A stretch of DNA of 20,000 nt from Catajapyx aquilonaris (lineage: Eukaryota): positions 122,242-142,241 of the forward strand of contig KZ538627.1 in NCBI GenBank assembly GCA_000934665.2, given 5' to 3'. Made by a program: the position numbers and the translations under genes. Under the pieces are notes generated by a model. That model saw only the letters and a program-made list of their open reading frames with translations. It had not been told where the DNA came from and ran no database searches. Every line of letters begins with the position of its first letter. Position 1 is the stretch's first letter. Positions 10,190-20,000 of this stretch are shown piece by piece.

Positions 10190-10844
10190 CAGTGTTTTCA
10201 ACTAGATGTTCGTATAATCACTATAGTGCACTAGTAAATCAACTATAAGTAGTAAACCCCTAAACTTTCTAATAATTGTGCCAGAAATAATAAGAGTCAA
10301 TATACAGTATAGTGCTGAAGGACTGTAATAGCACTCAGTATAGTACTGATTTTACGACAGTCATGTAATCCTTCCATTACCTTATATTAGTGCACTAAGT
10401 TCGGTAAATCACTACACTAAACCATTAAAAATTTAAGCTGCAAAAAAGCCTCTAACAAGCGACTAATTAATAGCAGCTGCAAACGACTAACGTTTGGCGC
10501 TAAATGACTAACAGCGACAAACTACTTACAAATTAGTAATGTAGTGGTAAATATAAACTACTTTATGCAGCAAACCGCTATTACGGAAAATAATCAACAG
10601 TAGCAATTAAGCGATAAGCCATTAAGACCATTTAATTACTATACCATCAGCTAGATAGTAAAACACGTCAGAAACTACTAATAATTACAATTTATAAAAC
10701 AAGCATGCAAAACTAAATTTCTCTAAAAATTACATTGTAGACAACATACTGTAAAAATGAAATATAATATTTATATTTGTTATTTTTATTATCATATTAT
10801 ATTATACACGAGAGTGAACACCTTATCAAAACTTGGCAACACTG
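10190..10844. mobile_element. Possible old hAT-like non-autonomous element
   Basis: The termini CAGTGTTTTCAACT and ACTTGGCAACACTG match 11/14 as inverted repeats, and the interior is AT-rich and semi-repetitive. No 8-bp TSD found. Confidence 0.35.
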
Positions 10845-10864
10845 CTCCTCCCGGACTGTGGATG

Positions 10865-10975
10865 TAGTACCATATCCCTCACATAACTGGCTTACTCTCC
10901 CTTTCTGCATACTACTGATGGCTCACCGCGGACAAACAGAGGCACAGACACGAGCAAATTCTTTAATATATAATA
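10865..10975 (+). mobile_element. Fragment of the dispersed repeat family (3399/15085/18372)
   Basis: The 21 bp TAGTACCATATCCCTCACATA are identical to 15085-15105. Downstream CTGATG...GGACAAAC...AATTCT motifs are also shared. Confidence 0.7.
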
Positions 10976-11189
10976 TTATATCACTCTTCCACTAAATATC
11001 ATAAGCTAATGAGTTTAATAAACTTTCTGAAAGTAGCTTATATTAATACATTGCAATAGCTATTATACCAGCTTAATAACTATACAATGGCTAAATTAAA
11101 CGGAAGCATCATAATATTATGGAAAATGGCTGTTATTAGTTTTGCGTTTTGCTGAAGTTATACATGAAATCATCAGGTTATGACATAGT

Positions 11190-11370
11190 TTTTGTCGTTG
11201 CGCAAACATGTTCCGATACGCTTTTGTGTCATTGAACAAGCGCGTCACAACAAGCGCATTGTGACATCACCAGGTTTGTATCCTGATTGGCCGGATCCAG
11301 ATACGGTATACAACCCTCATTGTAATAATTAGTCTGCAACTAATTAATTTCAAAAGCATCAATTGGCAGC
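11190..11370 (+). repeat. Diverged dispersed repeat, copy 1 (copy 2 at ~12136-12272)
   Basis: Collinear shared blocks: GCAAACATGT; TTGTGACATCACCAGG / TTGTGTCGTCAGCAGG; GATCCAGATACGG / GATCAAGATACGG; AACTAATTAATTTC. Confidence 0.7.
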
Positions 11371-11421
11371 CAACTATGAAAGTGTTCAATAATTACTCAA
11401 GGTCCGAGCGCGCGGCCGTCC

Positions 11422-11422
<1 letters not shown>

Positions 11423-11514
<92 letters not shown>

Positions 11515-11574
11515 CATCATCGTCGTCGTCGTTTTTGTTGTTATATGGTGGTGGTGGTGGTGGTGGTGGTAGGC

Positions 11575-11670
<96 letters not shown>

Positions 11671-11672
11671 TG

Positions 11673-11728
<56 letters not shown>
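11423..11728. repeat. Compound trinucleotide microsatellite (ATT)n-(TCA)-(TCG)n-(GGT)n-(TAG)n
   Basis: Directly visible. It produces the spurious poly-Leu/poly-Val ORF 11376-11750. Confidence 0.98.
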
Positions 11729-11896
11729 CTTTTACAAGATTTTTTCTTAAGTTAGGCCTATTTGAAATATTAATAGTTAATTTTATTTATTCATTTATTT
11801 GGCCCATAAAGTATTTAGTGTTTTTATTTATTGTTAAATGCAGGTCAATATATTTAGAAAAATATTGTCACTAATATATGCAATTAGTGATACGAC

Positions 11897-12110
11897 GTCG
11901 AATATCTCAATTTTGCTAAATTTTTCGCACACATTTGCAAAGGAACTTTAAAAACCACTTAATAAGTCAATATATTGAGAGAAAAAAATCATTATCGAAA
12001 AATATATTCAGAAGAAATGATCATTTTTGTGGCGTAATGTCGAGGATTTGCAATTTCGCTAAATCTTTCGCACTATTTGAAAAAAAACACTTTAAAAATC
12101 ACTAAATAAC
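11897..12110 (+). repeat. Diverged local duplication, ~70-bp block with ~142-bp period
   Basis: CAATTTTGCTAAATTTTTCGCAC...ACTTTAAAAACCACTTAATAA (11897-11966) aligns with CAATTTCGCTAAATCTTTCGCAC...ACTTTAAAAATCACTAAATAA (12039-12110). Confidence 0.75.
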
Positions 12111-12135
12111 TGCCTGTGGTTCATCCCACACATAA

Positions 12136-12272
12136 TTTTGACGTATGTGCAAACATGTCACAAATTGTTGTGTCGTCAGCAGGATCTCCGAAGAGCAGAT
12201 CAAGATACGGGCCCATCCTGAGTGTAATCAGCTAATAAACTAATTAATTTCGCAGGGAGCCAAATGGGCCGT
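12136..12272 (+). repeat. Diverged dispersed repeat, copy 2 (copy 1 at 11190-11370)
   Basis: Same collinear blocks as listed for 11190-11370. Confidence 0.7.
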
Positions 12273-12890
12273 CGTTAAATTATATTGTTGACATTTTGGT
12301 CGCAGCAACATTTGTAAAGTACCAGTGCGTGTGCATGTGTGGAGCTTGGGTCCATATATGTAGGAACATGTGGGGAAGAGGGGGGGGGGGTTGGTTAATT
12401 AAAAAGAGTCGATTGGCAGGATTGCAGCGGAAAGAAATATCGATGAAATGTAAACACTGCTTTTATCGGGAAAATGCTGATCGCGTCCATTAAAACCTGG
12501 GAGGGGAACTATCACCATGGGTAGCATCCCCCCTCTCTACTAATAACAATCACTGCAGGAATCCAACAATGTGACATATGAACCGTCAGAGAGAGTGCGA
12601 GCGAGCTAATAATCCTGATTCCTGGCTTTGACAGCCTGATATACACTCTGTGAGCGAGGATCGGAGATGAAACCTTTTTAAAAAACACTCTTTAAATTTT
12701 TGTAAAAATTAAAACAATGTCATATATTTATTTTTAAAAACCATTTGTTTGGAATGAAACTACAGTCGTAATTAATATAATGTAATTAATGTGTTGTGGC
12801 ATGTATTATTACAAAAGGCAATGTGTGTTTTTCCACAGGTCCCTGGACAAACAAACAAACAAACACAATTCCCTTCTAATTTAACATCCC

Positions 12891-13295
12891 GTTCATTACA
12901 ACAGTTACAATTTACTCCAATATTACAACCTGTAGGACTGATTACTTATTGTTAGTTATTATAAATTATGTGTTAAGTTATATTCGTCATTTTGTAGTTA
13001 TATTATAGTCATTTTGATAGTTATAACTTATTATATTCGATATAGATCTTATATTATAGTCATCGATAACAGTTCTATTATAGTCATTATAATAGTTACA
13101 TTACATTCATTTATAACAGCTACATTGTGTACATTATAATAGTTACATTACATTGTGTACATTATAATAGTTACATTACATTATGGTCATTACAATAGTT
13201 ACATATTAATTTATAATTATTATAATTACATTCGTTATAAGTTGTGCCGTATTATATTCATTTTAATAGTTATATTGTATTGTGCAGTATTTATA
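12891..13295 (+). repeat. Head-plus-satellite element, copy 1: 45-bp head followed by a degenerate ATAGTTACATT array
   Basis: The head at 12891-12935 is 41/45 identical to 13776-13820 and is followed by decayed ~25-bp units. Confidence 0.75.
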
Positions 13296-13775
13296 CAGGG
13301 TTGGTGCACCTTTCTTCTGGCCAAGTGTAAAGAGAGTGGGGTTGAGTATAAGGGTTGACACTAAGTGTCTTCTGAGGCACGACATAGTGCCTGGAAAAGG
13401 CCAGGAGCGAAAAACCCTCTGCCAGCTCTAAATAGACTCGAGTCAGATAAGGCGTCCAAATGAGCGACTCGTTTTCCTTGTATCCCCCCCTCCCAGCCCG
13501 GAAATGGCCCTTTAAGCCCCCGGAAACTAGTCAGCCTTTAATTCCTCCTCCCCCACCTCTCCCTCCTTTTTTTTCTACTCCTTCCTTCCTCCTCTCCTGC
13601 TATTTAGTGTGGAAAGAGAGAGGCCATTTTCCAACCCCGGACCTGTTGCCATCTTTTGTATCATGAACTTTTTTTCCCCCTCTCTCTCTCATCTCGAGTC
13701 TTTCCACCTGGCCCAAATCTCCAGGCAAAAGCATGGTGCTTCTCTAATATTAACTTGTATATCAAAGAACAACTT

Positions 13776-14500
13776 GTTCATTACAACCGTTACAAAGTAC
13801 TCCAATATCACAACCTGTAGTATTAATTACGACGATTAATTACGTTAGTTACATTATATTCATCGTTTCATAGTTACATTATGTTCATCGTTTCATAGTT
13901 ACATTATGTTCATCGTTTCATAGTTACATTATGTTCATCGTTTCATAGTTACATTATGTTCATCGTTTCATAGTTACATTATGTTCATCGTTTCATAGTT
14001 ACATTATGTTCATCGTTTCATAGTTACATTATGTTCATCGTATAATAGTTACATCATATTCGTGTATAATAGCTATATTTGTTATAATTATTATAGTATA
14101 GCTATATTCTTTATATAAGTTCTATCTATCTATCTATCTATCTATCTCTATTCTTCACGGCCTTGATCACATTAAGGGGTGGTCATTATAAGTTTATATT
14201 TACTTTATAGAAGTTAATAGCTTTTTTCATCATTTCATAGTAATTTTACATTCATTATCCTGTATAACAGTTACATATTCCTTATATAATAATAGTTACC
14301 TTATATTAATTTCATTGTACAGTATAATATTTACCTTATATTAATTTCATTGTACAGTATAATATTTACCTTATATTAATTATAATAGTTATATCATGGT
14401 TATTATTCATTACATTGCAGCTCTATTATATTCTTTATAATATTATTATAGCTGCATTATGTTTTATGGGTATTATTGTACTGTACATTCATTGAATCTA
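13776..14500 (+). repeat. Head-plus-satellite element, copy 2, with a homogenised 25-bp array
   Basis: Head at 13776-13820. Seven identical CATCGTTTCATAGTTACATTATGTT units at 13861-14035, then degenerate units. Confidence 0.85.
14122..14186 (-). mobile_element. Very short retroposed element / LINE 3' end with (ATAG)n tail
   Basis: The minus strand reads ATGACCACCCCTTAATGTGATCAAGGCCGTGAAGAATA followed by a GATA-repeat tail. Perfect 8-bp TSD TATAAGTT at 14114-14121 and 14187-14194. Confidence 0.75.
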
Positions 14501-14704
14501 CATGTGGGTGCGATGTACAATATTTACTGTGCAATGAAATTTATATAAGGTAAATATTTACTGTGCAATGAAATTTATATAAGGTAAATATTTTTACTGT
14601 ACGATGAAATTTATATAAGGTAAATATTTACTGTACAATGAAATTTATATAAGGTAAAATATTTACTGTACAATGAAATTAAATGTAATTATTATACAGG
14701 ATAA
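14255..14704. repeat. AT-rich foldback with opposed 34-36-bp tandem arrays
   Basis: The outer IR at 14255-14276 / 14683-14704 matches 20/22. The unit TTACCTTATATTAATTTCATTGTACAGTATAATAT starts at 14296, 14331 and 14366, and its reverse complement repeats about 4.5 times at 14520-14680. Confidence 0.85.
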
Positions 14705-15084
14705 GGAGTATGTAGCCTACTTAATTACTACTTTTAAAATTTATCCTTCCCCACTTTTCCCTTCCAGAGGAAGAGGGGGTTTTGAATGAAGATACCTAGT
14801 ATCTGGTCTGAGGTTGATATGACTTCCGCCGAGGCTTAATGATCAATTACAGCCTGCATGCCTGTCCCAAAGTGACTGGAGCTTGTAAAAGACAAACTTG
14901 TGATGCGGCGGAGCGGGGGTGTGCCGTGTCATATCTTTCGCACATTCCTGTGGTTAGAACAAGCTGAACCGGCGCAATATTCACTCGCAGGAAAGGTATG
15001 GAGAGAGATGGAATGCCGGAAACGTGTCAAATATTCCGTCTATTCGTGTGTCTATTGCTAAAATTTGGCCCCGACGCTCCGTGC

Positions 15085-15220
15085 TAGTACCATATCCCTC
15101 ACATACATGGCGTGTCTGCCCACTTCTGCGACTCTGAGGGTAGTGGGATGTGTAGTGGTACTATACCACCTAGCTGATGGACAAACGAAGGACACATTCA
15201 GCCAATTCTACGTAATATAA
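15085..15220 (+). mobile_element. Copy of the dispersed repeat family (3399/10865/18372)
   Basis: Shares 21 identical bp with 10865 and has the internal IR TAGTACCA...TGGTACTA (15085-15163). The 3' part CACCTAGCTGATGGACAAAC...CAGCCAATT matches the reverse complement of 18373-18422. Confidence 0.7.
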
Positions 15221-15233
15221 TGAAGGTATAATA

Positions 15234-15324
15234 CAGGGTGTTCCAGATTCGTAGGCAACTTTTTGATAACTGATATCGGGCGATATCACTTACCAAAAGT
15301 GACCCACGAATCTGGAACACCCTG
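15234..15324. mobile_element. Minimal Tc1/mariner-type MITE (91-bp hairpin)
   Basis: TA TSD (15232-15233, 15325-15326) and a perfect 19-bp TIR CAGGGTGTTCCAGATTCGT. Pairing continues imperfectly to the centre TGATATCG-GG-CGATATCA. Confidence 0.92.
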
Positions 15325-15346
15325 TATAAGTTAACAACATAATGGT

Positions 15347-15573
15347 TTCAGTATGTTTCCTTTGAAACTATGTTGGGCACATAGGACAGGATTGTCCAAA
15401 ATGTTTTATGGTTCTTGCTTCCATGGGTAGTTATATTATATTATATTAGCTACTATACACTTATGTATTAGTTATATTAGGTACCTACCCTTGGAGACAG
15501 CATCCATAAAAAAACCCATTTTGGACAATTCTGTCTTAGGTGCCCTACACACTTGCGAATGAAACATCCTGAA
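15347..15573. mobile_element. Old diverged foldback/MITE with ~85-bp arms and an AT-rich spacer
   Basis: 15347-15430 aligns with the reverse complement of 15485-15573 (GGGCACATAGGACAGGATTGTCCAAAATG / CATTTTGGACAATTCTGTCTTAGGTGCCC). No TSD seen. Confidence 0.75.
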
Positions 15574-16611
15574 TCACTTGGCCAAGTCTGGCTCTCTCTA
15601 TTTTAATCTCTCCCAAGAAAATGTGTCGATTCGCATGCAAGGACGTCGACCACAGTCAGTGTGACGCTTTCCAACTGCCCCCCCCCCCTCTTTCCCTTTC
15701 CCTCCCCACGGTGTCCATACGTCATAAAGAAAATTTTCAGAGCATTAGTGATAATCTCCAGCTGTTGCCAAACCCGCATTATCTTTCATGTTGGATCTTC
15801 CTGAATGGGAGTTTTTGTGCGTAAAAAATTTGGGGAGAGATTTTTTTCATTTTTTTTTGTCAAAAAAAAGGAGGATGGGGAGAGGGTGTCCTGAATCGTT
15901 AGGCTTGGGACGGACGGACAGCACGTGTAAAGTTTTCTCCTTTCCATACAAATGGCCGTACTAATGGAGGATCTCGAGCATGGGTAAGACTACCAATACT
16001 TCCCCCAGCACCCCCCAACACACGATTTACGGACCACGACACCCGATGTCTCAGAAGAGGACATGCCTGCACCTCCTGCTCAAACTGCATTTCTCAAATT
16101 GGGGAGGTGGGTATGGGATGAAAACTCCGCAGTTGCGGTGTTCAATAATTCAGGGGATAAACCAGGCTGCAAAAATGGGTGGGGGGAAACCGCAGTTGGT
16201 TGATTTTTGGTGTGAAAATATGTGCCACAAACAGGGTGTGTTCCGGACCAATTGCTCTATTCCGTTACCAGGCGTCTGCTTATTATTCAGAAGGAAGCAC
16301 ACATGTGGTGGGTGCAACACAATTCGGTTTGTTTAAGATGATTTCTACCCCGGTGGAAATATTACGTTATTCGTAGCAGTTGGAAGTCACTGCTAAGGTC
16401 TTTGAAACCTTTCTTTTCAAGCCGAATAAAACTAAGCGTGGAAAACATGATGATATTCTCATTTTAATTTACACATTAATTTATTATAACATTTTATAGT
16501 ATTATTATTAATAATTATTATTTCAATTAAATTAATATAGTATTATTAATAATAATAATTTCAAATGAATTTTATAATATTACGATATTTATTATTTTTA
16601 CCGAAGCAGGT

Positions 16612-16754
16612 TGTTACTGCTAATCGGGAGGTCCTGGGTTCGATTCCCGGAGCTGGCGATCCTGACCGTGGTTTTCTGTGGTTTCCCACAGTCCCTCCAG
16701 GATAATTCCGGGGTCGCTTCCTTATAAAAGGCCACAGTCGCTTCCTTCCTTCCA
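16612..16754 (+). mobile_element. 5'-truncated tRNA-derived SINE
   Basis: Pol III B box GGTTCGATTCC at 16637-16647 within a T-arm-like stem (CTGGG-TTCGATT-CCCGG). The body TCCTGACCGTGGTTTTCTGTGGTTTCCCACAGTCCCTCCAGG...AAAAGGCCACAGTCGCTTCCTTCC resembles, from recall, the conserved body of widespread insect SINEs. No A box visible. Confidence 0.85.
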
Positions 16755-17329
16755 TTTATTTATTAATATTTTAAGTTCAAATCTGCATCTGCGTATTCAA
16801 CCTGAGAATAGTATTGATATCACAGTTAATGATATAGGCATTTATTGTATAAATTGTGGTAGGTACTGTACACGTATTTTTTAAATTATTATTAAAACGT
16901 TGCCGCTCGATTAACCTTCCACAAGAGTGGCTGATGATGTTGATGACAAACTAAATTAAATTTTTACAAGATTCTGTTACAGTACAGTGGCTTTTACATG
17001 GGCATTTAAATTACATTGTAGAGTTAAAATACAATTTGCCATTTTTATTTTGCGCTGCAGTTCAAAGAGGCAGCCTGGTTCGCACTTTGTTGCGGTTTGT
17101 TTACACCGGATTGGCCGTCGCGCCAGTTCGAAGTAGGCACTTAAATTATGCAAGTTTAAAAAATACAATTATCCCACGCAGTTGACTACATAGTACATAG
17201 CTATCTGTTTAACATGGTATAAAATTTAACCTGCAGAGCGACACATTACTGGCCTCAAAATAGGGACGTAAATACCTAAAGAGAATCGCAAAATTTCTGG
17301 CAAAATTTGAGAGCACAACCTCAGCTTTG

Positions 17330-17740
17330 TTTTAAAAATTAATTTATAATTTATAATATAATATTACAATTTGCGATAAGAATAAATAATCATAAATCCC
17401 ATGGTATATATTTAAATATGTAAGATAATGACTAACTAAATAAAGAATTGGTATATAAATGAAATAAAGAATTTACACCTGAATAAAAATTAAAACAACA
17501 AATTTGACATATAAAAAATCAACAACATCTAAAATAATCATTACATAAATAATATAGTTATACAAATATATAAATAAAATATTTGTATGAAAAATGAAAG
17601 TGGCAAATAATATATAATTTGATTATTACACCTAATAAATAAATTATAATAAACAAAACAATCTATAAATAATAATACATAAAAACAATAAATAACTTAT
17701 TAACATACCTAAAGTAACATAACATGAAATAAAAATGTCT
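17330..17740. other. Very AT-rich, A-skewed low-complexity tract
   Basis: Composition is directly visible. No regular unit resolved. Confidence 0.6.
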
Positions 17741-18371
17741 AATGTGCTGTAAAGGATCGGAGGCCATGACACCTCAGGGCAAAATTTCCTCCAGACCGCT
17801 GACGTCACACACGGCTGGTACGACGCTTAGCAAATGTACTGGTCCATTTACCAACCAAAGACTAGCTTTTCCTTTGGGAAAACTGATGCCCCAGCCGTCT
17901 ATAACAGAAGTCGCGGACAAGAAATTACACACTAATGACCTCTCTCCCGTGGGGCCAGGTCAGATTTGGAAAGACGATTCCTTTAGTGGAGGGAAGTTGG
18001 AGGGGGGGGAGGAAACAGGGGAGATGGAGGGGGGAGAAAGGCTTCCCTATTATATCCTTTTGTCCACCGGAAATTAATGAAGCGGAAAGATACACCGGAA
18101 GTACTTTCCTGCTAGGAGAAGATGGACAGTCTGATGGGTTGGGACCATGAAAACCTGATTGGACAAAAGCCTTAGTGTCTCTTGGTTTTCGAAACATTTT
18201 GATAGCATGGAAGGATGGGGAAAAGCGGGGAACAAATGTGAAGCCATAATCGGTTACAAGAATTGCTCAAGAATGCGCAAAAAAATGGCAAAAAAATAAT
18301 CGGAAATTGCGCTATGTCAAAGAACAAGCGGAATAGATCCACCAGCTATAGAAATAAGCTCATCCTACTAC

Positions 18372-18530
18372 TAATCGGCTGTCTGTTTGTGTGTTTGTCC
18401 GGGGTCAGTCATCAGCTGGTGCATGTAGTCGCATGACAGTGGCAGATAAAGTGTGGTGAGAGGAAAGATATTCCATCTATGCAAACCTAGCTGAAGACTG
18501 ACTCCGGACAAACAAACAAACACACTGTTA
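18372..18530. mobile_element. MITE-like element with 36-bp inverted repeats containing a (TTTG)n stretch
   Basis: 18384-18419 versus the reverse complement of 18487-18522 match 32/36. On the minus strand it is related to 15085-15220 and 10865-10975. Confidence 0.75.
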
Positions 18531-19420
18531 ATCAGTTTTGCCAACTTTTGGCTACGGGTAGTTTACAAAAGTTCATTTAGATTCAGCATTCAGCGCTTGT
18601 AATTAAACCGATCTCAATGGCCACATTTTCCCAACAGTTCTCAATTACGTATACATAAAGCATAATCTGCATATCTTTTTTTTTGCACAACTCGATACAT
18701 TTCTATCCGCCCCTATATATTTTGTGCCTCATTCAACTCACCAGGACCTTCACCTACACTACCGCCATTATGTATCCCCCCCTGCTTAATCTGCTTCCAA
18801 AAAAACTCCGTCTCTCAGGGTCTTTTCAGGTCAGGTCAACAGGCTTGAATACCCCACAGCTCAACATGTGGTCATACACAACCATATTTATATTTTTAAA
18901 AAACATCCAGTGCTAATCACCGCAATTCCAAACCTTTCCCCCCCTGGTTTTAATTCGGAACTCGGGTGTAAAACGCTGTCGGCAAACGGTGCAACCATTT
19001 TGTATCCATTCATCCGTCTCCCCGGATCTTTTCACCCTCATCTTTTTTTTAAAAAAAAGGGGGGGGGGATACTCCTTTTGATTGGCTACACGTTTCCTGG
19101 CAACCGGTCGCTTCTCTTTACTCTCGTTTTTTTTTCCGGATCCGGCCAAACCCTTCCAAGTTAGGATGCGAAATGAAGAGCACGAGTAAAAGAGAGCTAG
19201 ATGAGAGAAAGGAGAGTATAACTATTTCCAATCCCTCTCTCTCTACTCCACCCACCTCCAAGACAATGGAGGGTGAAACAATGGGACTTGAAAACAGGCA
19301 AACACATCCGGGGATATAAAATCCGGGGAGAGAGAGGGGGGGGGGGTTGTATCGCTAATTAAAACTTCACACGACAGGGTAATGAATACGGGATTAGCTG
19401 GATGCGGAAAAGAAAATTTG

Positions 19421-19860
19421 TGAGGAAATGAAAAGTGATGTCACTTTTTTCCACATCACTTTTCATTTCCTCATATTTTTTTCTGTGAAAATGAAAGTGA
19501 TGTGGAAATAATATTAGTGACATGGAAATTTTAAAGTGATGTTGAAGAGTAATTGCAAATAAAAAATTATGTGGAAATAAACGAGTGGTGTGAAAATCAG
19601 AGTGGTTGTGGAAATAAGGGTGATGTGGAAATATAAGAGTGATGTGGAAATACAAGAGTGGTGTGAAAATAAGAGTGATGTGAAAATAAACTAGTGATGT
19701 GGAAATATACGAGGGGTGTGAAAATAATAGCGATGTGGAAATAAGAGTGATGCAGAAATAAAGAGTGATGTGGAAATATGAGTGACATAAATTTTTAAGT
19801 GATGCGAAAGAGTGATGTGCGAATAAAAATGATGTGAAAGTAAAAGTGATATGAAAATTT
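19421..19860. repeat. ~17-21-bp minisatellite (AAGAGTGATGTGGAAAT) with an inverted unit at its start
   Basis: Repeated GTGATGTGGAAATA at 19497-19860. 19421-19441 is the perfect reverse complement of 19453-19473. Confidence 0.9.
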
Positions 19861-20000
19861 CAGAGGATGACATTTTAAAGGTGGTGTTAAAGGAGAAAAT
19901 GTGATCCCACCAAAAACCTTTCTGTAAAAAAAAGGCCAAGTTCTCCTGACTGCTTGGCCGTCAAAAGTGGTGAGATCAGAAATACGGCCAAGTTCAACGT

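Noticed and set aside
11376..11750. Poly-Leu/poly-Val ORF resembling a signal or membrane protein
   Set aside because: Microsatellite artefact.
13294..13310. TACAGGGT as the start of a third Tc1/mariner MITE
   Set aside because: No matching inverted end found downstream.
16612..16660. tRNA gene
   Set aside because: Only the B box/T-arm is present, with no A box or acceptor stem, and it runs into a SINE body.
15980..18197. ORFs of 118 aa (15980-16336) and 111 aa (17742-18077) as coding exons
   Set aside because: No recognisable domain, homopolymer-driven composition and no convincing splice structure. Small exons cannot be excluded without RNA-seq.

Overview
Eukaryotic, non-coding DNA (intergenic or deep intronic), most likely from an arthropod/insect. 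The taxon is inferred from a tRNA-derived SINE of an insect-type family and an interstitial (CCTAA)n run. No supplied ORF is a credible protein: the long ones are read-throughs of tandem repeats or microsatellites. The window alternates GC-balanced unique stretches with a dense, partly nested set of non-autonomous mobile elements. These include a piggyBac-type MITE (TTAA TSD), two Tc1/mariner-type MITEs (TA TSD), a Mutator-like foldback element with 15-bp arrays, several other foldback MITE families present in multiple diverged copies, a 5'-truncated SINE, and many minisatellites. The most unusual observations are three. (1) Two independent TSD-flanked insertions of the same ~38-nt stem-loop core have coincident 5' ends but different microsatellite tails, a candidate ultra-short retroposon. 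(2) An array with eight TATCGATA (DRE) palindromes lies behind a hAT-type terminus. (3) Local templated inversions occur at satellite edges. I see no evidence of a new gene-encoded system. All alignments were made by eye.
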